Part shown: one piece after another, positions 18,596 to 25,954 of the stretch | Position numbering within the stretch: position 1 is the first letter of the stretch | Layout of the letters: every line of letters starts with the position of its first letter | Source: Candidatus Hadarchaeota archaeon | GTDB lineage: Archaea; Hadarchaeota; Hadarchaeia; Hadarchaeales; Hadarchaeaceae | Direction of reading: 5' to 3' | NCBI GenBank assembly: GCA_964514965.1 | Contig: CAZETV010000001.1 | Location: 993,063 to 1,025,062 of the forward strand | Length of the DNA stretch: 32,000 nucleotides | Notes under the pieces: model-generated | The model's database searches: none | Told to the model about the DNA's origin: nothing | Seen by the model: the letters and a program-made list of their open reading frames with translations, nothing else | Made by a program: the position numbers and the translations under genes

Positions 18596-18717
18596 AATAG
18601 GTTGTATGGTGGATGTTTTTAAGGGTTTGTCTACAAAAATGTCGACTTTTTCTCAGAAATGTGGAGGTATCTTTATAACCCCAAATTTAAGAAAATTCCT
18701 GTAAAGAGGTGAAAAAA

Positions 18718-19089
18718 ATGAGATTGTCTAAAAAGGGTCAAGGCGCTACAGAGTACCTATTGATGTTGGCTGCAGTATTAGTAATAGTAGCCATAGCGGT
18801 GTACTACGTGACAAGCACTGGTGGTTATCCAGCAGTTGCTGCAACAGCAGTAAAGTCTGGTGACAACACGATTAGAATTGACGTTACAACTGGAACAATC
18901 CCGGCTGGAGACTGGCAATATATAGTGAGCACGACTCCAGGAAGCAATAACTGGCAGGACAAAGGCGTAGAACTGAAAGCACCATACGTTAGCTTGGAGA
19001 ATTGCTCCCCAAACACCTACTACGTGAGCCTGAAGCACACGCCGAGCGGTCACATCTACTTCTCGGACCAAACGATAACGATATCTTAA
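18718..19089 (+). CDS. Archaeal type IV pilin (class III signal peptide), paralog 1
   Basis: MRLSKKG|QGATEYLLMLAAVLVIVAIAVYYV shows the class III signal peptide pattern, with Glu at +5 and a hydrophobic helix. A GAGGTG Shine-Dalgarno sequence lies 6 nt before ATG 18718; the track start is GTG 18709. A TATA-like CTTTATAAC lies upstream. Confidence 0.8.
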   Translation: MRLSKKGQGATEYLLMLAAVLVIVAIAVYYVTSTGGYPAVAATAVKSGDNTIRIDVTTGTIPAGDWQYIVSTTPGSNNWQDKGVELKAPYVSLENCSPNTYYVSLKHTPSGHIYFSDQTITIS

Positions 19090-19138
19090 GCGCATTGGCC
19101 TGTTTGAAAGAAACGCCCACAGTTGGGTAGGGGATAGG

Positions 19139-19513
19139 ATGAGTGGGAGTAGAAAAGAGTGCGGACAAAGCGCGACCGAGTATATGTTAATCCTAGCGGC
19201 GGTGCTTGTCGCAGTTGCGGTGGCGGTCTACTACGTGGCAAAGGGCCCGTCTTTCCCACTATTGTCTGCTACCGTCACGAATGTGGACAACGAAATCAGG
19301 GTCAGCATAGACACGGGATCCATACCGGCAGGCGATTGGCAGTATTCCGTGAGCGCGATTTATGGAACATACGACTGGAAAAGTGAGGACGTAGAACTGA
19401 AAGCTCCGTACTTTAGCCTTGGGACTTACGACCCAGACATCTACTACGTGAGCCTTAAGCACCAACCAAGTGGCCACATCTACTTCTCGGACCAAACGAT
19501 AACGATAACGTAG
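19139..19513 (+). CDS. Archaeal type IV pilin (class III signal peptide), paralog 2
   Basis: MSGSRKECG|QSATEYMLILAAVLVAVAVAVYYV. It is about 60 percent identical to the previous pilin and shares IPAGDWQY, VELKAPY and YYVSLKH.PSGHIYFSDQTITI. Confidence 0.8.
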   Translation: MSGSRKECGQSATEYMLILAAVLVAVAVAVYYVAKGPSFPLLSATVTNVDNEIRVSIDTGSIPAGDWQYSVSAIYGTYDWKSEDVELKAPYFSLGTYDPDIYYVSLKHQPSGHIYFSDQTITIT

Positions 19514-19566
19514 ATTTTTATCCTATCCTCCCCTATTCTTTTTTGTTGGGGCTCATGGTCACGAGG

Positions 19567-19752
19567 ATGAGTGAGCGCTCTCAAGGAGCAACCGAGTACT
19601 TGCTGATGCTAGGTGTCGTGCTGGTACTCGTGGCGGGTATAGTTGCGTCTATTTTCCTAGCCTCTCAGACCTTGGGTTCAAACGTTAGTGGCCAAATCAA
19701 TGACGTTATAGATAACTTGATAATTCCAAGTCTCGTTGGAACAATTTTCTGA
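19567..19752 (+). CDS. Very short pilin (class III signal peptide; mature length about 55 aa)
   Basis: MSERS|QGATEYLLMLGVVLVLVAGIVASIFL is followed by only about 30 more residues. The track ORF starts at TTG 19543; ATGs at 19555 and 19567 are in frame. Confidence 0.7.
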   Translation: MSERSQGATEYLLMLGVVLVLVAGIVASIFLASQTLGSNVSGQINDVIDNLIIPSLVGTIF

Positions 19753-19789
19753 AAACTTAATAGCCAAGTGAATCGGTCAATCATATGAT

Positions 19790-20563
19790 TTACTCGGACT
19801 TACCCAAAATCGCTCTAACCTTTGCTCCCCGGAGCCCCAGCGTCGGCCGCTCCACGCTGATTTTTACCGAGTCCCCTTTCTTGATTTTGGCGAAGCTCTC
19901 CACAGCGTACAGGCCCGACTTCACGTTGCTGCAGATGTCGTAGCTTATTCTGACCACCGCCCGTTTGCCCCGAATCTCTTCAACCGTGCCGTAGGTGAAG
20001 TTTCGCCCGTACTTGAGCCTGAACGCCACAAACGCCACTAAAACGAACCCCATTGCCATCAGAGGAGGAATAAGCGCAAGGTAGAGCGCCTCGATTGAGA
20101 ACTCGACAGGGAAGTATCGGAATGCCAGCACAAAGACCCAAGCGATGGTCACACACATTATCACGAAGCTCCGGTAGGCGGAATAGTCTCGTTTGAACGC
20201 GTGCTTGAGTTGAGTTGCCGTCAAGTAGAGTAGATAAGCGCTCAGCGCGAGAAGCAAGAAAGTGAAGATAAAAATTTCTGCGGGGAACAACGCGATGTAG
20301 ATTACTGCAGCCCCGAAGAGTGAGAGGATCGCCAGCTGCGCTTTGAGCATCACGTACTCGGGCCATCCCGTGTGGCGCCGCTCAAAGAAGCTCTGAAACA
20401 TTTTTGGGATTTCGGGCTTTCGTATCTGCGGGGCCCTTTTCTTTACATTTGGAGCCCTGCGTTTCAGCCTGCTGGGGAGCTTTCCGACTTCTAGAACCGC
20501 GTCACCGACTCTGCGGAAGAAACCGGTTGTTCTGGAACTTTTGTGCGGCATTTTATTCACCAA
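19790..20563 (-). CDS. Polytopic membrane protein (about 4 TM) with a basic N-terminus and a beta-rich C-terminal domain; last gene of the pilin-like operon
   Basis: Four hydrophobic segments are followed by GTVEEIRGKRAVVRISYDICSNVKSGLYAVESFAKIKKGDSVKISVE. It starts 4 nt after the stop of the upstream pilin-like gene. I do not recognise the family with confidence. Confidence 0.6.
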   Translation of the reverse strand: MVNKMPHKSSRTTGFFRRVGDAVLEVGKLPSRLKRRAPNVKKRAPQIRKPEIPKMFQSFFERRHTGWPEYVMLKAQLAILSLFGAAVIYIALFPAEIFIFTFLLLALSAYLLYLTATQLKHAFKRDYSAYRSFVIMCVTIAWVFVLAFRYFPVEFSIEALYLALIPPLMAMGFVLVAFVAFRLKYGRNFTYGTVEEIRGKRAVVRISYDICSNVKSGLYAVESFAKIKKGDSVKISVERPTLGLRGAKVRAILGKSE

Positions 20564-20567
20564 ATAT

Positions 20568-21263
20568 CTACCCTAAATCCACCGTCGATGAGTACTGCAG
20601 GGCGCCTCTCGGATCTCTAACGTTAATAAACACTTTAAGTTGTGTCACGCCTTTTACCTCGGTGTTCTCCCCAACATGAGTATTCTCAGGAGCACCGACT
20701 CTATCCCAAAGTAGTTGGTCTGAATAATAAACATCCGGGTAATAGATGCCGTCGTACTCCTCGATAGTTATTCGGAGATTTTCACCGATTTTTTCGACAA
20801 ACAAGACGGGTTCATCATAATCTGGTTCTCCGATGCCCCAAGAAGCTTCATTTGACTCCTCGAAGTAGTAGAACCAGTTCTCTCCGGGAGCATTCTCAAC
20901 AATATTACAGTATTGTGTCCCAGCAAGATGATTTTCTCCTATGTTTATGACACGAATCCACAACATCCAACTGGGCTTGATATCCACGAGCAACCCTGTG
21001 GCAGCACGGTAGTTGTCCGCGAGCTCACTAAGCGTGATGTCGGCGTTGTCTATCAGCAGACTCTCATTCCACAAATCCTTTACCACGCGCTCGATATCAT
21101 TGCCAGTATAGAACACCTTATCAGCGGAGGCCTGTAACGTAGTGGCTTCTCCGCCCATCTCGATGATTGTAAAACAAGAGGCTACGAGCAGCATAGCCGG
21201 CAGTACGAGCAGCAGCGCTATCCCGCTCAGGACGAACCCCCGTTGGTCTTTACGCATTCTCAT
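20568..21263 (-). CDS. Pilin-like protein 7 (class III signal peptide-like N-terminus)
   Basis: MRMRKDQRG|FVLSGIALLLVLPAMLLV. The start at 21263 gives an ATGA overlap with the upstream stop; the track start is 21281. Confidence 0.65.
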   Translation of the reverse strand: MRMRKDQRGFVLSGIALLLVLPAMLLVASCFTIIEMGGEATTLQASADKVFYTGNDIERVVKDLWNESLLIDNADITLSELADNYRAATGLLVDIKPSWMLWIRVINIGENHLAGTQYCNIVENAPGENWFYYFEESNEASWGIGEPDYDEPVLFVEKIGENLRITIEEYDGIYYPDVYYSDQLLWDRVGAPENTHVGENTEVKGVTQLKVFINVRDPRGALQYSSTVDLG

Positions 21264-21742
21264 ATCCCCGTCCCCCGCCACACGTAAAGAGTAATAGGGT
21301 CAAACACGTTTTCAGGCGGAAATAGTAAAACACGAGTTGCAACGGCGATATCCTCGGCATTTATAAAATTGCTATACCATTCGGCGTGATTTCCAACGCT
21401 TGGATAAACATTATCCAGTCTAGGATTATTTTCGTCCCCAATTAGAAATCTAAACTGTATTTCATCGGGCAAGATTTTTCGTAGCTCGTTTTCGGCAAGT
21501 TCCGCGGCCCAAGAGTTTTCTCCTTCAGCGAGCAAGTTTATGATGTTGTCCAGCGTGCCAGAAAGCTGCATCGTCTCGAGCGCATCGTTGGCATAACGTT
21601 CCAAGCGCAGGTATCCGTGCTGCTCGTATATGATCCCAGGGCTGCTCACGTGAGCTACCCCTGCCATCACAATCATCACAACCAGCATCGCCAGTGTCGC
21701 GTCGAGGCTGAAGATGAACCCGCGTTGGTCCTTGGCGTTCAT
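21260..21742 (-). CDS. Pilin-like protein 6 (class III signal peptide-like N-terminus)
   Basis: MNAKDQRG|FIFSLDATLAMLVVMIVMAGV. Confidence 0.7.
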   Translation of the reverse strand: MNAKDQRGFIFSLDATLAMLVVMIVMAGVAHVSSPGIIYEQHGYLRLERYANDALETMQLSGTLDNIINLLAEGENSWAAELAENELRKILPDEIQFRFLIGDENNPRLDNVYPSVGNHAEWYSNFINAEDIAVATRVLLFPPENVFDPITLYVWRGTGI

Positions 21743-21746
21743 GTGT

Positions 21747-22790
21747 CTACCTCCACATTTTCACCTCAAGAGTCGCTGGCAACGGTTGTAAGAACATGGT
21801 GGCATCGCTCCAGTCTGAGCAGGATGGAAGTGTGACAATGCAAACTTTAACAACCCAATCTGGTCCAGAAGTGAATTTGAACCCCAAAAAGTTAGTACCT
21901 ACAAATAGATTATCTTCAGCTTCAATTTGGCTGTCGTTTTCTATGCCGCCATGTTGAAAGTGACCTTTAGGCGGGTCTTCCGGACCTGGAGAAACTCTTT
22001 GTGGCATATCTGAGTATACAAAGTTATAATCGGAAGATCCATCTGGGTTCTCACCGACATCACCATCTCTAGCGTTGTCGTTTACCCATATCTGAAGATT
22101 GGGCTTGGCGCCAGTTCCTTCTTTCAACCCAACGACGACGATGTAAAAGTCGAATGCATCGAGTTCTCCCGGATAAATCTCAAATACCAGTTCATTTTCC
22201 GTTGCTCCTCCTCCCGCTTTAAATATTGGCCCTGAATCTGCCCGAATCGCCGACCCGTACCTGACTGAAATCAAACGTCTAACGACTGCAACATCAAGGG
22301 AATTTTCCGCCCCGGAGTTTTCCCCCACTTGCTCAGCGCTCCACCTCGGAAAAGCATACCACATTTCATCATTATTTTCATCAAGTATCCTAACTTCAAA
22401 CTTCTCTGATCCCCCAAAGAGTTTTTTTATTGTTTCCACAGCTCCAGCGTTTATCGGGGCATCCCAGTTGTCTTTGTTGATCAAGCGCCTGAACTGTCCA
22501 AATTTCTTAATATCAATGGTATTCGGAATCGGCTCCCCTGCGTTCTCCTCTGCAAATCCCAAAATGCTTAGCGTGATAGAATTTTCCCACCAGTTATATG
22601 ACGCGCCAGCAGTCTTCAAAAGAACGTCTGCAGCATCATTTGCCGTGCGCTCGAGCGAGTACCGGAGCGAGTATTCCTCGGCCTGCTTGCGCGCCTGCTC
22701 AAGCGCCAGCCCGGAGTAGCTCACCACTAGCACAGTCAGGGCCAGCGCGAAAAACATGTCGAGAGTGAAAATTTGTCCTCGCTCTTTCAT
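21747..22790 (-). CDS. Large pilin-like protein 5 (347 aa; class III signal peptide-like N-terminus)
   Basis: MKERG|QIFTLDMFFALALTVLVVSY is followed by about 320 aa of beta-rich, acidic sequence. This is the largest member of the set and a candidate tip or adhesin subunit. Its start overlaps the upstream stop by 4 nt. Confidence 0.7.
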   Translation of the reverse strand: MKERGQIFTLDMFFALALTVLVVSYSGLALEQARKQAEEYSLRYSLERTANDAADVLLKTAGASYNWWENSITLSILGFAEENAGEPIPNTIDIKKFGQFRRLINKDNWDAPINAGAVETIKKLFGGSEKFEVRILDENNDEMWYAFPRWSAEQVGENSGAENSLDVAVVRRLISVRYGSAIRADSGPIFKAGGGATENELVFEIYPGELDAFDFYIVVVGLKEGTGAKPNLQIWVNDNARDGDVGENPDGSSDYNFVYSDMPQRVSPGPEDPPKGHFQHGGIENDSQIEAEDNLFVGTNFLGFKFTSGPDWVVKVCIVTLPSCSDWSDATMFLQPLPATLEVKMWR

Positions 22791-23188
22791 TTGATCACCC
22801 TCATTACCTCCACCGCCACATCATAGGTGTAGTGGCTGGTCTTGACAGGTTCTGCAGTTTCTGGGAGAAAACCGACGATAGCATTGTAAATGTGTTTGAG
22901 TGCTCCCTGCCTGAGGTTGTCCGAGATGGTCTGGTTATCCGGTGGTGGCCCGCCCCTCACATTGACATGAATCATTATGGTGCCCGCGTTGAAATCTAGT
23001 TGTTCAATACCAATTGTGCACCCATACTCGATGTCCAAGGCAGCAATCGCATTTTCCGCTCCAACACGGGCTGCCGACATCGCAACTGCCATCTCGTTGC
23101 TTCCGGTACCCGAATATAGCAGCGATGCGACCGCCACGAGGATCGCCCCGACGAGAATTAACATCTCCGCGCTGGATTGGCCCCTCAT
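22787..23188 (-). CDS. Pilin-like protein 4 (class III signal peptide)
   Basis: MRG|QSSAEMLILVGAILVAVASLLY with Glu at +5. The start at 23188 gives an ATGA overlap with the upstream stop; the track start is 23221. Confidence 0.7.
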   Translation of the reverse strand: MRGQSSAEMLILVGAILVAVASLLYSGTGSNEMAVAMSAARVGAENAIAALDIEYGCTIGIEQLDFNAGTIMIHVNVRGGPPPDNQTISDNLRQGALKHIYNAIVGFLPETAEPVKTSHYTYDVAVEVMRVIK

Positions 23189-23610
23189 GTTTTCGTGACC
23201 TCCAATTTGCTGTCCACCCAATGCACCAGGATTGTATTTTCCAGATTGTCATGCCCCAGCACGAAATTCTCAACGTTTTTACAGACGACCACCACGCCCA
23301 CAGTCCCCCAAGCCGAATTTTCCACTAAGATTTGCCGCTGGGTGTTGTCGAAACTAATTTGGTAAAAGTAGCTTCCAATTTTCGACGGCAGGTCCACGCG
23401 GAGCTCGAAGTTCGGCCCATCCGCATACACGGTGTTTATTGCCGCAGCGAGCTTTTCACCGATGGTTCTAGCTTCCAACCTAGCGCTCATCAGCCCGGCA
23501 GCTTCATTTCGTCCCTCGTAAATGTTTAAAAATGATGCTGAAATTATCAGGAGGAGAGTAACCGCGAACATCGCGTCAATCGAGAAAAATCCTCGCTCGC
23601 GAAGCTCCAT
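23185..23610 (-). CDS. Pilin-like protein 3 (class III signal peptide-like N-terminus)
   Basis: MELRERG|FFSIDAMFAVTLLLIISASF. Confidence 0.7.
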   Translation of the reverse strand: MELRERGFFSIDAMFAVTLLLIISASFLNIYEGRNEAAGLMSARLEARTIGEKLAAAINTVYADGPNFELRVDLPSKIGSYFYQISFDNTQRQILVENSAWGTVGVVVVCKNVENFVLGHDNLENTILVHWVDSKLEVTKT

Positions 23611-23612
23611 CG

Positions 23613-24062
23613 TCAGCCCCCCACCGGCTTGATGTTTATTGTGATTTTGTAGTTGTCTGGAGTAAGACTATTGTTGTCACTCGACCACTCTACAATTGCC
23701 GTGTAGGTTCCGGCCGAGAGGTTTTGTAGGGAACCGTTAAACCCGTACTTTAGATTACTTTGGACATTTTGCGTTCCGTTTGATGTCTTTAGACTAATCG
23801 TGAGTTTATTCTCTGTGAGCTGCAAGTCCCAGTTGCTGTCCATTGGAAAACTTACGCTTTTTACTGCCCCTTTTTCATTGCTGTACACGGAGTTTATCGC
23901 ACCCGAGATGGCATCGGCGGCGAATCTAGCTTGGGAAAGATGCAAAGTGTCTCTTCCAGCCTCCTGTGTAGGGGTTATCATTTGCCCGAACGTGACCGTG
24001 GCGAATATTACCAACACAGCCGAAAAAATGAGCAAGTATTCGACGGCTGCTTGCCCTCGCAT
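23613..24062 (-). CDS. Pilin-like protein 2 (class III signal peptide)
   Basis: MRG|QAAVEYLLIFSAVLVIFATVTF with Glu at +5. Confidence 0.75.
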   Translation of the reverse strand: MRGQAAVEYLLIFSAVLVIFATVTFGQMITPTQEAGRDTLHLSQARFAADAISGAINSVYSNEKGAVKSVSFPMDSNWDLQLTENKLTISLKTSNGTQNVQSNLKYGFNGSLQNLSAGTYTAIVEWSSDNNSLTPDNYKITINIKPVGG

Positions 24063-24593
24063 CTAAGTCACCTCGATATCGGAAATTACAATGTACCTCA
24101 GACCATCCTTGTACTCGTACGTGAAAGTTGTTATATGGAGACCAGAGTCATCCTTGAAGTTTTCATCCCCAACCACCACACGGTTTTCGTTATTCTCGCT
24201 CGGCAGAATGGTATCTAGCAGTATGATGGCCTCACGTTTGTTGTCCCACTCGCCGTTTCCGTCTAGATCAAGCCAGATTTGGACATCCATTCGGTTGTCG
24301 GGGGCTACATCGTTATCGGTGGTTTCTATCCCATCGACGTTCACATTCGCGTATATTTTTACTACCCCTTCCGGCAGCCGATACTCAACCGTCTGTTTTG
24401 AACCAACGCCTGCGGCATAAACAGTGTTGAGGGCATTTGTTATCTCGCCCGCAGCCTCGCGTGCATCCGCAAGTTTCGAGACTTTCTCAGCTTCGACGCG
24501 CGCCTGATTGTACATCGGCATTGTGGTCGCAGCGAGGATTATAAGCAATCCCGAAATCACGACGATAAACTCGATGCTGAGTTGGCCCCTCAC
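24063..24593 (-). CDS. Pilin-like protein 1 (class III signal peptide) with a DxDxDG-type loop
   Basis: (V/M)RG|QLSIEFIVVISGLLIILAATT. The GTG at 24593 gives the MRGQ pattern seen in the paralogs; the track start is 24602. It contains LDLDGNGEWD. Confidence 0.75.
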   Translation of the reverse strand: MRGQLSIEFIVVISGLLIILAATTMPMYNQARVEAEKVSKLADAREAAGEITNALNTVYAAGVGSKQTVEYRLPEGVVKIYANVNVDGIETTDNDVAPDNRMDVQIWLDLDGNGEWDNKREAIILLDTILPSENNENRVVVGDENFKDDSGLHITTFTYEYKDGLRYIVISDIEVT

Positions 24594-24737
24594 TTTGACC
24601 ACGTTGAAAATTTTGCCGCGCCAGTATTAACTTTTCTCTTGACGTTATTCAAAAAGCAACCAAATCAGCTAGTTTTGCTAGTTTGACCTGAAAAAACAGC
24701 AGATTTTAAGTTACTTAAACAATGGATATCTGGTGCC

Positions 24738-25469
24738 ATGGCGCGGATTATAATATTATCATCCGGTAAAGGCGGAACTGGGAAGACCACGGTGACCGCA
24801 AACTTAGGTATTGCGCTCGCAAAACGCGGTAAAAAGGTCATCGCCTTGGACGCCGATGTGACCATGGCGAACTTGGGGCTGATGCTCAGTCTTGAAGGGA
24901 AGAAAATAACATTGCATGAGGTGCTCTCGGGTAAGAAAAATGCTAAACAAGCGGTTTACAATGGTCCCGCTGGCCTGAAAGTCGTGCCATGTGGGATGTC
25001 ACTGGAAGGGGTTCAAAAAGTCAAACTCGGTAGGTTAAAAAAGGTGGTGCTGGAACTCGCCGATAATGTAGATTTCTTGCTCGTCGATAGTTCATCTGGG
25101 ATGGGGCATGATTCGATAACCGCGCTGGCCGTTGCTCAAGAGGCCATCCTCGTGGTAACCCCAAATTTTGCCTCTATTCTAGAAGCCATGAAGATAAAAC
25201 GTGTTGTTGAACGTCTTCACACAAAAGCACCTGGGATAATAATTAACCGTGCAAGTAGGGAACGAACAGATCTTTCTCAAAGGGAAATAGAGTCCATTTT
25301 GGAGTTGCCCGTGATCGGGGTTATTCCTGAAGATATCGAAGTCAAGCGTGCAGTAGCTCTCGGTGAAGCTGTGGTTTTACGTTCGCCGAAAGCACCGGCC
25401 GCAAAAGCGTTTAAAAAATTGGTCGAAACACTTCTCAAATCAAAGGGCAAAAATGACACAAGTAGCTAA
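24738..25469 (+). CDS. MinD/ParA-family P-loop ATPase (canonical motifs)
   Basis: MARIIILSSGKGGTGKTTVTANLG is a deviant Walker A with both lysines. LDADVTMANLG is the Walker A' with both Asp residues, and LLVDSSSG is the Walker B. It diverges from the pilin-like operon. Confidence 0.85.
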   Translation: MARIIILSSGKGGTGKTTVTANLGIALAKRGKKVIALDADVTMANLGLMLSLEGKKITLHEVLSGKKNAKQAVYNGPAGLKVVPCGMSLEGVQKVKLGRLKKVVLELADNVDFLLVDSSSGMGHDSITALAVAQEAILVVTPNFASILEAMKIKRVVERLHTKAPGIIINRASRERTDLSQREIESILELPVIGVIPEDIEVKRAVALGEAVVLRSPKAPAAKAFKKLVETLLKSKGKNDTSS

Positions 25470-25570
25470 CCAAAGCATAAAACAAGTTATCAATCTTCGG
25501 GTTCCTAAAAAAAGTATTTTTTATTAAAACTACCCGATAAACTTTAAATTTAGGCTGACGACGATAAGTT

Positions 25571-25954
25571 ATGCCAAAGAAGGACGAACAGGGTAAAAAA
25601 GCCACGGTCATAAAGCGCGATTTGGAGATAACAGAGCGAGAACTCCGTCAAGTCACAGATTTTCAATGGATCTATGCAAAACGAATGTTGAGATTTGGCT
25701 TTGCATCATGGATTTTAGGATTGGTTTTGTTTTTCTTTATCTTGGTCATTCGTGGGTTAGAATTTTTGGGCCGATTATCCTTGGCGTATCCTTTGTTGAT
25801 AATTGCTATTGTGGTTCCAATTTTTATAACAGCCTTCTCCGTGCGCAAATTTAACGCAAAACTCAAGCGTTTGGAACGCGTCCGAAAGCTGCTGCTGACA
25901 GATTATGAACGAGCAATTCTAAAGCGTGCTGATACCCTTATTAAGAAAAAGTGA
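25571..25954 (+). CDS. Small 2-TM membrane protein with charged N- and C-terminal helices, hypothetical
   Basis: Two hydrophobic helices (FASWILGLVLFFFILVI and AYPLLIIAIVVPIFITAF) are flanked by Lys/Glu/Arg-rich segments. A TATA-like ACTTTAAATTT lies upstream. Its stop abuts the stop of the convergent MinD-like gene. Confidence 0.55.
   Translation: MPKKDEQGKKATVIKRDLEITERELRQVTDFQWIYAKRMLRFGFASWILGLVLFFFILVIRGLEFLGRLSLAYPLLIIAIVVPIFITAFSVRKFNAKLKRLERVRKLLLTDYERAILKRADTLIKKK

Noticed and set aside
19980-20366. 128-aa minus-strand ORF in an alternative frame, and similar internal or antisense ORFs across the pilus locus (for example 20404-20679, 20913-21137, 22468-22719, 23004-23328, 23800-24218, 24091-24420)
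   Set aside because: Each is nested in or antisense to a longer ORF with a recognisable signal-peptide or TM architecture and operon-consistent start and stop junctions.
24669-24686. Tandem GCTAGTTT(T/G) repeat in the divergent region between the pilin-like operon and the first MinD-like gene
   Set aside because: It is only two short copies with no palindromic symmetry. It may be regulatory, but the sequence evidence alone is too weak to call a site.
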